A stretch of DNA of 64,000 nucleotides from an uncultured delta proteobacterium. GTDB taxonomy: Bacteria > Myxococcota_A > UBA9160 > UBA4427. Positions 37,372 through 47,185 of this stretch are shown here, one piece after another (the stretch's first letter is position 1; each line of letters begins with the position of its first letter). Where the stretch lies: positions 1,312,001 through 1,376,000 of the forward strand of contig CAWGJT010000005.1 of assembly GCA_963822965.1 (NCBI GenBank), written 5' to 3'. The translations under genes and the position numbers were made by a program. The notes beneath the pieces are model-generated. The model saw nothing but the letters and a program-made list of their open reading frames with translations, searched no databases and was not told where the DNA came from.

Positions 37372-38114
37372 CTAGCAGCCTCCATCATTCAACGCCGCAC
37401 ACAGCGGCGCGATCGGGTGATAGCCGCCGTTTTGAACACCAATGTAAGCCCCAGGAGAGCTCGTCGGGGTCACGAAATTGACGAATCGGAGAAGGTCGCT
37501 GCCACTCCGGATTTGAAAGATGTGCGGGCTACTCGACGCAACGAGGCCAGCGAGCGTACGCGAATTGATTCCCGCTGAATCGAAGACGTAGGCGTCGCTT
37601 CCCGTAGCAATCGCGCCCACGATGGCGAGACCTCCCCCGAGCGAATGACCGACGAAGACAAGCGGTCCAATCCCGAACGCATACATCCCACTCGGATCTG
37701 TCATGGACAGTGGACTATTTCTCACGTACGCGTAGGGGTCTAAAGATTGCGGACTCGCCGCTCCCATGACCGGATCAACCGACAAGAACTGACCGACCAG
37801 CGGGTCCAAAACGCGTGCATTTGCGTGGATCAGGCCCACCTCGTCGAGGTGCTCGTGGTCCGTAAAGCGCCGGGGCGTCACGTTGCTTCGCTGCCCGTTC
37901 CCGAGTGGCTGGCCCTGCTCGTCCACGCTTCTCCCGTACGGGTCGTAGAAGTACCGGACGAGGATCGCGCCCTGCTCGTCGGTCACCGCGGCCACCGAGC
38001 CGAGGCGATTCTGGTGAGTGTAGCGGGCACTTCGACCCACCGTGTCGCTCGTGACAATCAGGGCCACCCGGGTTCCGTTCGCCATCACGTAGTGGTGACG
38101 CTCGGTGGCGGAGG
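37372..38114 (-). pseudogene. Orphan RHS core + short C-terminal lipase-like toxin domain
   Basis: HQNRLGSV..VTD..G, YDPYG, RRFTDHE, NARVLDPLVGQFLSVDP, YAYVRNSPLSMTDPSG, then GHSLGGGLA; 5' end cut at the repeat. Confidence 0.85.
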
Positions 38115-38195
38115 ATAGGCCGGACAAGTCGCATTCTTGGCGAAGGTCCGAGTAGGGGCCTTGTGTCAATCGCCCTCCGGGGTCCCGGCGGCGGG
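38115..38195 (+). repeat. Dispersed dif-like repeat, copy 4 (core 38144-38171)
   Basis: AGGTCCGAGTA-GGGGCC-TTGTGTCAATC + tail identical to copy 3. Confidence 0.88.
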
Positions 38196-38790
38196 CAGAC
38201 TCTTGATCTGGCTCATCAGCCCGTTCTTGCTCCAGCGGATCTCGTCCTCGAGGAGGCGAGCCCCCGGCGGCATCAGCTCGAGCGCGGCTTCGCGCATCAA
38301 GCCGAGCTCCATTCGTGCGATGTTCGCTCCGATGCAGTAGTGGGTGCCGTGGCCGAAGCTCACGGCCTCTCGCGTGTCGCGGCGGAGATCCAGCGCATCC
38401 GGTTCGCAGAAGATCCTCGGGTCGCGATTGGCGCTCATCAGGCCCAGCAGCGCGAGCTGCCCCCGGCGCAACGCCTTCCCGCCCAGGTCGAAATCCTCGA
38501 CGACGCACCGCGGCATCACGATGAGGCCACTGTCGTAGCGAAGCAGCTCTTCCACCGCGTTCTGCAGGAGGGCGGGATCGGAGCGAAGAAAGGAGAGCCG
38601 CTCCGGGTGCTTCAGCAGCGAGCGCAGTGCCCGCGCACAAGCAACGCTCGTCGTGCCCGTTCCGGCCGAGACCAGGCCCGCAATCACGCGTGTCACGTCC
38701 TCGGCAGTCGCGGACGCAGATGCGCCGGGAGCGTTCAGGAGATCGGAGATCAAGTCCTCCAGGCCCTCGAGCGCGCTGCGCGCTTGCATC
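38196..38790 (-). pseudogene. Cytochrome P450, C-terminal fragment
   Basis: AGTGTT I-helix, EELLRYD, SANRDP, heme ligand FGHGTHYCIG; runs into the repeat at KSLP; no N-terminal half. Confidence 0.85.
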
Positions 38791-38976
38791 CGTCCACGGC
38801 GAGGACACAAACACCGCGCCACGGCCGCGAGGCTCTCGAACCGAACCGCCCGATTGGCCAGCAGAGACGGACACGAGCAGCGCCCGGCGGCGGGCGACTC
38901 GCCCATCATCCCAATGCGGGCAGGGTCGTCACGACGCCGCGCGGTGCGGCCCGCGCGCTTTTGGCTCGGAGGCGCT

Positions 38977-40503
38977 CTACTTCACCCGTTCGATATCGCC
39001 CGGCCGCCAGGTCTTGTTGATCCAGGGCTCGAGCGGTCCGTACATGCGCAGGATGACGAACCAGCTCTTGCCCGGAATCGTCTGTAGCCAGTTCCCCTCT
39101 TGGCCCTTCGGCGCCTTCGGCGCGAAGTAGACGTCGTAGGAGCCGTCGGCGTTCTTCTTCATCCCCTTGGTCTGGCTGCCCACCGTCGGGAAGAGTTGGC
39201 TGGTTTGCAGCTGCGTGCGCGTCTGGGTGTCGTAGAGCGTGACCGCCCAGAAGTTGTTCACGGGCACGTTGGGCGGCAGATGCAGCTTGTAGGTCTTCGC
39301 ACCATCGAAAGGCTTGTCCTTGCTATCCAGAAAAGCCAATCCGTAGTCGGAACCTACTCCCACATGAGTCGTCGCCATGGCTGGCGTCACACCACCGGCG
39401 TTGTAGTAGAAGAGCACTCGCGCATCGAGGCCAATCGTGCCGTCCGCTTCGAACGAAGTATTCCTGTTTGCGTAGGCCGTAACCCAGTTGCTCTTCGTAT
39501 CGGGATAGAGATACACCCCGCCAATCCGAGGGTCGTAGGTGATGGCACGCCCTGCAGCGTTCCCGAGCGTCGCTGCCTCGGTCAGCAACTTCTTCATCCT
39601 GGCATCGGGATCGAAGGGCTTGCCCTTCACGATGCCGATTGCGGCCATGTAGCCGCGAACCTCGGGCCCAATTGCATCGATCGGCTCGGCCTGAACGACC
39701 TTGTTCAAGATCTCGAAGTACTCGAAGTCGCTCGGAAAGATCGTGCTGAACGATCGGCCGGACATGTTGATGAATTGGGTCGGCGCGGGATTGGCCTTGT
39801 CCTTCAGCGGATAGATGCGCAGCCCGGATTCGAAGTTGTCGACCGCGGCCTTCAGGCCGTCCTTGATGGAGCCCCGCAAAAACAGGAAGTTCTTGTTGGT
39901 CGGAGGCTTCAGCAGGAAATATCCGTCCGGCACCTTGCCCTCGTAGCCAGGAGGCAGGACGAGGTACTTGCCGCCCTTGCCCTTGTCCGGTCCGGTGATG
40001 CCGATATCGCCGACGAATCTCTGCCAGGCGTCGTCGAGGAAGCCCAGCATTCCCGGCGGCACTTCGATGACCGTCGGACCATCGTTTGCCAGGTCCGTCG
40101 GCGCATAGGCATACATCGTCGACGTATTGGAGGTGATGACCGGCGTCCGGGAATCCATCAGTTGTTCCCAGATGGCGATCTTGTTCGGTGCATCGGCGCC
40201 TTGCTGGGCCATCCCGAGGAGTACGCTGTAGATCGAAACGGCGCCGACGTTGTCCAGGTAGACCCCGAGCCCACGCGCGCGGTCCAGATAGTCGTAGACC
40301 AGATCGTTGGTGTTGCCGATCGGCACGCCATCGAAGAATTTCAGCTCACCGGCTGCGGTCTGGACCTGGTCCGGGATCGACGCAGCCTTCGTCTTCATGG
40401 CTTCCCTGGAATCGACTGCCTGAGCATGCGCACTCGCAAGAGCTAGCGTACAAGCGACTGTCAGCGCGAAGGCTTTTCTCTTGCTGGCATTCATTGCGTT
40501 CAC
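38977..40503 (-). CDS. DUF1254/DUF1214 domain secreted protein
   Basis: TSNTSTMY, GPDKGKGGKYL, NFWAVTLYD, NWLQTIPGKSWFVILRMYGP. Confidence 0.9.
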   Translation of the reverse strand: MNAMNASKRKAFALTVACTLALASAHAQAVDSREAMKTKAASIPDQVQTAAGELKFFDGVPIGNTNDLVYDYLDRARGLGVYLDNVGAVSIYSVLLGMAQQGADAPNKIAIWEQLMDSRTPVITSNTSTMYAYAPTDLANDGPTVIEVPPGMLGFLDDAWQRFVGDIGITGPDKGKGGKYLVLPPGYEGKVPDGYFLLKPPTNKNFLFLRGSIKDGLKAAVDNFESGLRIYPLKDKANPAPTQFINMSGRSFSTIFPSDFEYFEILNKVVQAEPIDAIGPEVRGYMAAIGIVKGKPFDPDARMKKLLTEAATLGNAAGRAITYDPRIGGVYLYPDTKSNWVTAYANRNTSFEADGTIGLDARVLFYYNAGGVTPAMATTHVGVGSDYGLAFLDSKDKPFDGAKTYKLHLPPNVPVNNFWAVTLYDTQTRTQLQTSQLFPTVGSQTKGMKKNADGSYDVYFAPKAPKGQEGNWLQTIPGKSWFVILRMYGPLEPWINKTWRPGDIERVK

Positions 40504-40690
40504 CGTTCTCCTCGTTGAATTTTGTCACCGGGTGCAGCAAACCGACCGAGGCAGCCCCGCTGCGGCCCATCGAGAGATCGAACTGCGATCCAGTCCTCGA
40601 GCATCGCGCTTATGGGGCACCCGGACCCGCGGCGAAGCTGCCGCCGCAGATGCACTACGCCAGCGACGGCCTGGACATACCCTCTAGCTC

Positions 40691-41716
40691 CTACTTGGCC
40701 CGGGGTATCGGAGGCCCCGGAAACGTCCAGGTACCATCGACGATCGCCTTGCTGGGCTCATACATTCGAACGGCGTAGTTCCAGCCGACCATGATGGGGA
40801 GGCAGTTCTCGACGCCGTCGCCGCACCCACCGAAGCGTATGGTGTAGGACCCGTCGCGGTTGGGCTTCGCGGTCAGGTTGTTGAGGCTGTAGGCGTCCAG
40901 GTCGTTCTTCTGAAAATAACCCTTCGCGTTGTACAGGCTGATCGACCAGAAGCCCTCGACCGGCACGTCCTTGACCGTCAGCTCGAATTTGCCGACAGGA
41001 AGGTCGGGCTGCACATTCACGTAGACCGCGTCCTTGTCCGGCAGACCACCCCAGGCAGACGCGGTACCGATCATGAAATGAACCGGGTTGACCTCTTTCT
41101 TCGAGCCGAATGTCTTGACATAGCGCTTCAGCCCTTTTGCGAGCTCGAGCACTGCGTCGAGCGTAGCCTCGTAGCTGGCCTTGTCGTATTTCGGCATCGC
41201 GAAGGGCATGTCGGATCGCGCCGAGATGCCGATCGCATCCTGAAGCTTGTGGGCCGCCGCGAGATCCGCCGGGTCTTCGGGGTTCGCAAGCGTCCGGATG
41301 ACAACGCTGACAAAAGGCGTGTCGAATTGGCCAACGGTCAGTTCATGGGCGCCGCCGCCGTAGAAGACCTTGTTCACGTATCCATCGTTGTTGATGATCA
41401 TCAGCGACATATATCGCTTGCCCGCATCGGGCATGGTCACGGTCGCGCCCTTGGAGATGTCGACCACACCAAGGCTGTAGAGCGTGTCGCGGTTCATCCG
41501 GATGACGTTCTGCTTGTCGATCGGCGTTGGCGTCCGGTTGTGGTGCAGCTTGTTGATTCCGCCCGCCAGCTTCACGATGCCCGCATACTCGAAGTCGGTC
41601 TGAGCCCGGTCGAAATTGTCTACATTGACGGAGATGGCACCATCGGCACTGGCCGCCAGCGAAACGCACGTGAGGGCGAGCGCGCAGACAAGCGAGGAAA
41701 ATGCAGAGCGTTTCAT
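40691..41716 (-). CDS. DUF1254/DUF1214 domain secreted protein
   Basis: VIRMNRDTLYS, VPVEGFWSISLYN, GWNYAVRMY. Confidence 0.9.
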   Translation of the reverse strand: MKRSAFSSLVCALALTCVSLAASADGAISVNVDNFDRAQTDFEYAGIVKLAGGINKLHHNRTPTPIDKQNVIRMNRDTLYSLGVVDISKGATVTMPDAGKRYMSLMIINNDGYVNKVFYGGGAHELTVGQFDTPFVSVVIRTLANPEDPADLAAAHKLQDAIGISARSDMPFAMPKYDKASYEATLDAVLELAKGLKRYVKTFGSKKEVNPVHFMIGTASAWGGLPDKDAVYVNVQPDLPVGKFELTVKDVPVEGFWSISLYNAKGYFQKNDLDAYSLNNLTAKPNRDGSYTIRFGGCGDGVENCLPIMVGWNYAVRMYEPSKAIVDGTWTFPGPPIPRAK

Positions 41717-42019
41717 CTGGACGATGTTCTCCGTCTGGGTGCCTGATCCGAGGGGGATGGGAAGCGGGAGTCTCCACCAGGCGCGCCGCGCATGTCAACC
41801 TCACCGCGACAACCGTCGGGTCATAGGAAGCAAGGAGTAGTAGCGAATATCACCGCCGCGCCAACGAGATCACCGGTGGGACGCACCATCGACATGGCTC
41901 TAACCCTTCGTCAGATGCGCCCAGCGCGCCGGCAGCGACACGTCGCGGTCCACGACCTTGGGCGGGAAGTTCACCTCGGCCGGCGGCCGCCACGCCATGT
42001 CGCGCATCGTCTGGCCGAC

Positions 42020-42074
42020 GTTTGTCAGACTACGCCTCATCGGGTTTGAAGAAAGCCCCGCTTGAACCTCCTAT
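42020..42074 (-). repeat. Possible degenerate copy of the dif-like repeat
   Basis: Reverse strand ATAGGAGGTTCAAGCGGGG...AAACCCGATGA-GGCGTA-GTCTGACAAAC; right arm 8/11 to TTATGTCAAAC. Confidence 0.4.
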
Positions 42075-42423
42075 AACCCACTGGAGGATCGTCGTTGCGC
42101 AGCTGACCGCGCCGGGCGCGCCCTTCGAAATCCTCGAGGACGGGCCGGGGTCGGCCGAAGCGCGTCTCCGAAGACCGCGAGCGATGGCTGCGCGAGAAGG
42201 TCCAGAACGCCGCGCTCCACGGGACCCTGGACTGCATGGTGCGGTGCGATCTTGCGGCGCGTCCCGGCCAGCACGCTCGCCGAGGCCGGCGTCTTGCCCA
42301 CGTCGCCGCCCGCGTGGCGAGCGGGAATACGCGAGAATACGGGCACGAAATGGTCACCAGCGATCCGGCCCTTGCGACCCGTTGGGTGACAGCTGTGCTG
42401 TCACTTCGTTGAGGGCTTCCGAC

Positions 42424-42696
42424 ATGCCGAGTGAATCTCGAATGACCGTCCGGCTCGACCCTGCGACTCGCCGAAAAGTCGAGCGCCTGGCCGCTCGCGA
42501 GGGCATCTCGCTGAACGAGGCGCTCAACCAGTTGCTCCACCAAGCGCCCGATGAGAGCGAGGCTCCGCCCCGCCGTCACAGGTACCGACTGAAGCCGCGA
42601 AAGGTCGGCTTCGGGTTCGAGGTCGCACGAGCCCGCCAGCTGGCCGCGCAGATGTCGGACGATCAGGCACTGAAGAAGCTCAAGGAGACCCGTTGA
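42424..42696 (+). CDS. vapB: Ribbon-helix-helix (CopG-like) antitoxin
   Basis: RMTVRLD...A.REGISLNEALNQLL; overlaps the PIN gene. Confidence 0.7.
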   Translation: MPSESRMTVRLDPATRRKVERLAAREGISLNEALNQLLHQAPDESEAPPRRHRYRLKPRKVGFGFEVARARQLAAQMSDDQALKKLKETR

Positions 42697-43127
42697 AGAT
42701 CGCGGACGTGCAGATCCTGTTCTACGCGATCGACCCCACCTCTGAACTCCATCCCGCCGCGGCTCGCTGGCTCGAGGATTCGATCAGCGGACGTGAAGGC
42801 GTAGGCTTGGCCTGGCCCACGGTGCACCAGTTCCTCCGCCTTGGCACGAACCCCGCCTTTCCGGGTTGCATGTCCGACGACGAGGCCATCGGCTGGGTCG
42901 AGGAGTGGCTCGAGGCAGGCGTCCAACTCGTTTCTGACGCCGACCTCGGCTGGGACCTGCTGTCGGAGCTGGTCGCCGCGTCACCGCGGGTACTGCGCAA
43001 CGCGGTCGAGGTTGTGCACCTCGCTGCGATTGCGATCTCGCGAGGCGCGACGCTCGCCTCGTGCGATTCGGACTTCGAGGCGTTCGTAGCTCATGGACTC
43101 CGATGGGAGCAGATCGCTACGACCTGA
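42693..43127 (+). CDS. vapC: PIN-domain VapC family toxin
   Basis: IADVQILFYA, FLRLGTNP, HLAAIA..RGATLASCDSDF; TTG start overlapping the antitoxin stop. Confidence 0.82.
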   Translation: MKIADVQILFYAIDPTSELHPAAARWLEDSISGREGVGLAWPTVHQFLRLGTNPAFPGCMSDDEAIGWVEEWLEAGVQLVSDADLGWDLLSELVAASPRVLRNAVEVVHLAAIAISRGATLASCDSDFEAFVAHGLRWEQIATT

Positions 43128-43317
43128 AAGAGCTGGCACGCCGGGAGCAATCAGGGCGAATAGGGGATTCAAATTGGGGCCCCTGCGTGTGACGCCCCCA
43201 GACCATCCGCACTCCGTCTCGAGCCGCCGTTCCCTGCCGGATTCGGCACGGGGGCTGCCGTGATTCGCAGACCCTGCCGCCGGCCACGCGCTGCCGTGGA
43301 GCAGGATGAGAGGCGTG

Positions 43318-43333
43318 TGGCATCGCGCTTGCA
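43318..43333 (+). promoter_or_regulatory. Candidate sigma54 (-24/-12) promoter
   Basis: TGGCAT-CGCGC-TTGCA fits TGGCAC-N5-TTGCW; about 250 bp upstream of the 43585 gene. Confidence 0.55.
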
Positions 43334-43584
43334 AAGGCGATGATGTCCAGAGCCGCCGATTGGTCGGGGCGAAGGGGTTCCCCCCGTGGCTCGAGCGGCG
43401 TAGCTCGCGCACATGACCACGATGTCCCGACGGCCCCCTTGCGTCCGGAACCCGGAGGCGCGGGAGCCGGCGAGACTCGAGGCGTTCCCGCTCCAGGCTG
43501 CGCTGGCCGAGCGGGAGACGGGCGGGCCGGCAAGACGAGACGGAAGGCAAGAAGAGAGGCCAAGGGAAGGCAGGAGGACAGTCG

Positions 43585-44145
43585 ATGACCAGACGAGTTC
43601 TGCCCCTGATCGCAATGATCCTGCTGACGACGACGAACACGGCGTTCGCCCAGGACGACGACTGGTCGGACGACGAGCACAGAGACGATTACAAAGAGGA
43701 GATCACGCCGGCCAAGGACACGGCGCCCTACGTGGAGCTCCTGGGCTCGGGCGGCGCCGTCGACCACCAAGGTCTCACCCGGGTGGATCCCGGTGATGGC
43801 GTCGGCGGAGTGGGCGCCGTCGTCGGCGGTCACCTCCAGACGTGGCTCGCGATCGAAGGCGAGTACGAGCTCGTGGCGCCCAACGCGACGCACCTCGCGA
43901 CTTGCAGCTTCAAGTTCGTGCCAATCCCCGACAGCCGACTGCAGCCGTACCTCAAGGCGGGTATCGGTCTCTTGGGCGGCGCCGACCGCGACCACCCATA
44001 CCGATTCCTCGGCCGCTTCGACGCCGGCGCGGCGTTCTTCATCAAGAGCAACCTCGCGCTCGATGTCGGCATCACGGCGGGCGTCGCGACGCACGACAAG
44101 CAGGTCTATCTGGGCAATCTCGGCCTGATCTACTATTTCGAATAG
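43585..44145 (+). CDS. Small outer-membrane beta-barrel protein
   Basis: GGAGG RBS, signal peptide (AFA), LQPYLKAGIG strand, aromatic C-terminus IYYFE. Confidence 0.82.
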   Translation: MTRRVLPLIAMILLTTTNTAFAQDDDWSDDEHRDDYKEEITPAKDTAPYVELLGSGGAVDHQGLTRVDPGDGVGGVGAVVGGHLQTWLAIEGEYELVAPNATHLATCSFKFVPIPDSRLQPYLKAGIGLLGGADRDHPYRFLGRFDAGAAFFIKSNLALDVGITAGVATHDKQVYLGNLGLIYYFE

Positions 44146-44220
44146 AGGCGGGAGGCGCTTTCGAATAGGGCCGCAGGCGCTCGAATGAGGTCGCAGGTGC
44201 TTCGCGCAGGGGCTAGGCGG

Positions 44221-44272
44221 TCTCGCCGGTAGTGGCCTTATGTCAAACCCGTGCGGGTGGCCGGCGGCAGGG
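44221..44272 (+). repeat. Dif-like repeat, core + tail only (core 44221-44248)
   Basis: TCTCGCCGGTA-GTGGCC-TTATGTCAAAC-CCGTGCGGGTGGCCGGCGGCAGGG. Confidence 0.75.
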
Positions 44273-44657
44273 CCTTCGTCGAGGCGGTCCGGCGCGCCGC
44301 CACGAACCTCCGCCCCGCCTGAGCCGGTACCCACGCGCTCGGCGCAGGCCAAGGTGCGGGCGTCGCCCGAGACCGCGCCGAGCTGGCGCTGGAGTGAGGC
44401 CCCAGAGCCGGGGCGCCCAGTATCCAGCGGTACTGGTAGTGATTCTGCTCTTTCGTGTGGGTCGCTGCCCGCGGTGCGGGTCTCTCCTCCAGGGTCGCGA
44501 GATCTGGGGTGGGAGGATCACGATCCCATGGTCGTTCCGGTCGACGTGCAGCGACTGTGGCTGGGACGAGTCGAGCGAGGAAAGAGAGGCACCGTAGGGG
44601 CTTCGATGGGGACACGACGGTGGACGTGTACTTCGTCGTTCTGTTCGGCCTGTTGCT

Positions 44658-44689
44658 GTATGTCAAACCCGTCCGGGGTCCCGGCGGCG
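44658..44689 (+). repeat. Dif-like repeat, right half only
   Basis: GTATGTCAAAC-CCGTCCGGGGTCCCGGCGGCG. Confidence 0.7.
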
Positions 44690-44729
44690 TGTCCTGCTGG
44701 CGCTGGAGTGGCGCGCAGCGGAGCACACT

Positions 44730-45027
44730 TCACTCTCGCTCGGCGTCGGTGATCGCCGAGGACGAGCGCCAGGCTGGTCGCCAGCAGCGACAGCGTCCCC
44801 GGCTCGGGTACGACGCGGAACCAGTCGACTTCTCCGACGAATCCGAAGTGAGCGCCGTCTCCCTGGAACTCGTGTACGGGGTCGCTAGGCGCCGGATCCG
44901 TCAGGTGAAGGCCACGACCGGCCAGTCGTCTCGACGAGGTCGGTCTGATCCACGCGAACGCGAGGGTACTGGATCCCATGGTCGACCAGTTCCTGTCCAG
45001 AGACCCGCTTGCGATGCCTGTGATTCC
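44730..45027 (-). pseudogene. PEP-CTERM gene, 3' remnant
   Basis: WFRVVPEPGTLSLLATSLALVL..HRRR; 5' side abuts an IS3 end. Confidence 0.6.
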
Positions 45028-45183
45028 TGAACCGCCCCGGGTTCTTCGGAGCCTCGGTTGGTTGGGTTCCGCCGCCGTGACGGACTCCTGTTGCTGCTGA
45101 AGGTACAAGGTTTCGAACTCGGCGGGCGGCACGTGGCCAATCGGTTCGAGCAGCCTCTTGTGGTTGAACCAGTCGACCCAGGT
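45028..45183 (-). mobile_element. IS3-family remnant (transposase C-terminus + terminal IR)
   Basis: WVDWFNHKRLLEPIGHVPPAEFE and terminal TGAACCGCCCCGGG. Confidence 0.8.
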
Positions 45184-45454
45184 CAGCTCGGAAGGACTGA
45201 TGGGTCGTGAATGGAGGAGCGTGCAGGCCTGGAGCTCGAGCCGAGCGGGCGAGGCCGATTGCGATACGGTGCTGTTGCAGTCCGTGGTGCCGCCCCCCGG
45301 GTGTTGGACTGCGCCGCCGAGTGCCAGCTTCCGTCGTGGAAGATCCTCGTGTAGCTCGAGGTTGGTGTCCCGGAGGTGGACCGGGCCTGTGCGTATCGTG
45401 AGTTGACGGTGGACGGACCGGTGACGGTGATAGACTCCGTCCCCGATGCTGTCG

Positions 45455-45695
45455 CCTCACCGAACTCGTCGAGCGCTGTGAAGGGGCGGAGCTGCTCCCC
45501 CACCACGATGGCGTCGCGCGCCACCTCCTGGGCGCTCACCAGCCACGTCAGGAGGAAGAAGCCGCCGCCGAAGAGCGTGAGTATCGCGGGCACGTATGCG
45601 AGCCCGTTCACGCCGACGCCGAGCGCCGCGATGGCGAGCACCGTGGCTGCCCCGAAACCCGCGACATAGGCGCCGCGGTCGTCTGGAATGTTCAC
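45455..45695 (-). pseudogene. Membrane-anchored AhpC/TSA-like protein fragment
   Basis: TM helices followed by IVVGEQLRPFTALDEFGE, then similarity lost. Confidence 0.45.
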
Positions 45696-45871
45696 GGGGC
45701 GCCCTGCCTCGAATTGAAGGGTCTGATCGCCTTCTGAGATCTCATTCCGGCGCGTCGCGGAGCCACCGATCCGCTCTCGCGGTCCGCCCGGAAGCGCCTC
45801 CCGTCGGCTAGTATCGGAATTTCAGCCCCGGTCCGGGCCCCGGTCCCGCTCTCGATCGAAGGAGAATCCCG

Positions 45872-47182
45872 ATGCCCGTCCGCGCACGCCCTCCGGCGCT
45901 GACATGCCCCCCCGCGCCGGGACATCCCCCGACGTCCCGACGCGCGTGCGTCGGGCTCGGATTGGCCGCCCTGGTCGCAAGCCTCGCCGGCCTGATCGCG
46001 TGCAGCCCGGAAGCCCCGCCGCCGCCGCCGCCGCCCGAGATCGAGGTCGTCTCCGTCCTGCAGCGGGACCAACCCCTCGAGATGGAGATGGTGGGCGAGA
46101 CGCGGGGCTCCGCCGACATCCCCGTGCGCGCGCGGGTCGAGGGCGTGCTCGAGAAGATGAACTTCGTCGAGGGCGGCGACGTCGAGAAGGGCCAGCTCCT
46201 CTACGTGATCGAGTCCGACCCCTTCGACTCTGAGGTCGTCGAGGCCGAGGGCGCCAAGGCCGAAGTCGACACCGCGCTCGCGAAGGCGAAGGCGGACCTC
46301 GATCGGATCAAGCCGCTGGCCGAGATGAAGGCCGTCAGCCAGTCGGATCTCGACGGCGCGGTCGCGCAATACGAAGCGGCGCTGGGCGCCCTCCAATCCG
46401 CGAAGGCGCGGGTCGAGCAGGCGAAGATCCGCCAGGCCTATACCCGGATCCGCGCGCCGATCTCGGGCCGCATCGGGATCACCGCAGCCCAGGTCGGCGA
46501 GTTCGTGGGCAGGGCGCCCAACCCGGTCGTTCTGAACTACGTCTCCCAGACCGATCCGATTCGGGTCCGCTTCTCGATCGACGAGCGGACCTACATGCTG
46601 CTCGCTCGCAAGATCCGCGAGGCTGATGCGCGATCCGAGGACGAGCGGCGCGCCAGCCGGGATCTCCGGCTCACCCTGGCCGACGGGCGCGAGCATCCGC
46701 TGCCTGGACGTCTGGTCGCCACCGACGCCTCGATCGACCCCAAGACCGGCACCTTCACCCTCGAGGCCGACTTCCCGAATCCCGATCGACTCGTGCTCGC
46801 GGGCCAGTTCGCCCGGGTGCGCGCCGTCGCCGACGTCCTCGAGGGCGCGCTGCTCGTGCCGAGTCGCGCGGTCAGCGAGCTCCAGGGCAACTACCGCCTC
46901 TACGTCGTGAACGACAAGGGCATCGTCGACCAGCGGCAGGTGGAGCTCGGCCCGGCGATTGGCGACCTCCAGGTCATCCAATCGGGCCTCGCGGCGGGCG
47001 AACACGTCGCGATCGAATTCATGAAGCTGCGCCCCGGCATGAAGGTGACGCCGAAGCTCGTCACCCTCGACGCGAGCGGCGCGCTCCCGAAGGAGGACGA
47101 GCTTCCGCCGAAGGACGCCGGGAAGGCGCCGAAGACGCCCGCCTCCGAAGAGTCCCCGGGTCCCGAGAAGAAGGCGAGCTGA
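45872..47182 (+). CDS. RND efflux periplasmic adaptor (MFP)
   Basis: Lipobox LIAC; VRARVEG, VEKGQLLY, YTRIRAPISGRIG, IDPKTGT. Confidence 0.92.
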   Translation: MPVRARPPALTCPPAPGHPPTSRRACVGLGLAALVASLAGLIACSPEAPPPPPPPEIEVVSVLQRDQPLEMEMVGETRGSADIPVRARVEGVLEKMNFVEGGDVEKGQLLYVIESDPFDSEVVEAEGAKAEVDTALAKAKADLDRIKPLAEMKAVSQSDLDGAVAQYEAALGALQSAKARVEQAKIRQAYTRIRAPISGRIGITAAQVGEFVGRAPNPVVLNYVSQTDPIRVRFSIDERTYMLLARKIREADARSEDERRASRDLRLTLADGREHPLPGRLVATDASIDPKTGTFTLEADFPNPDRLVLAGQFARVRAVADVLEGALLVPSRAVSELQGNYRLYVVNDKGIVDQRQVELGPAIGDLQVIQSGLAAGEHVAIEFMKLRPGMKVTPKLVTLDASGALPKEDELPPKDAGKAPKTPASEESPGPEKKAS

Positions 47183-47185
47183 TTC

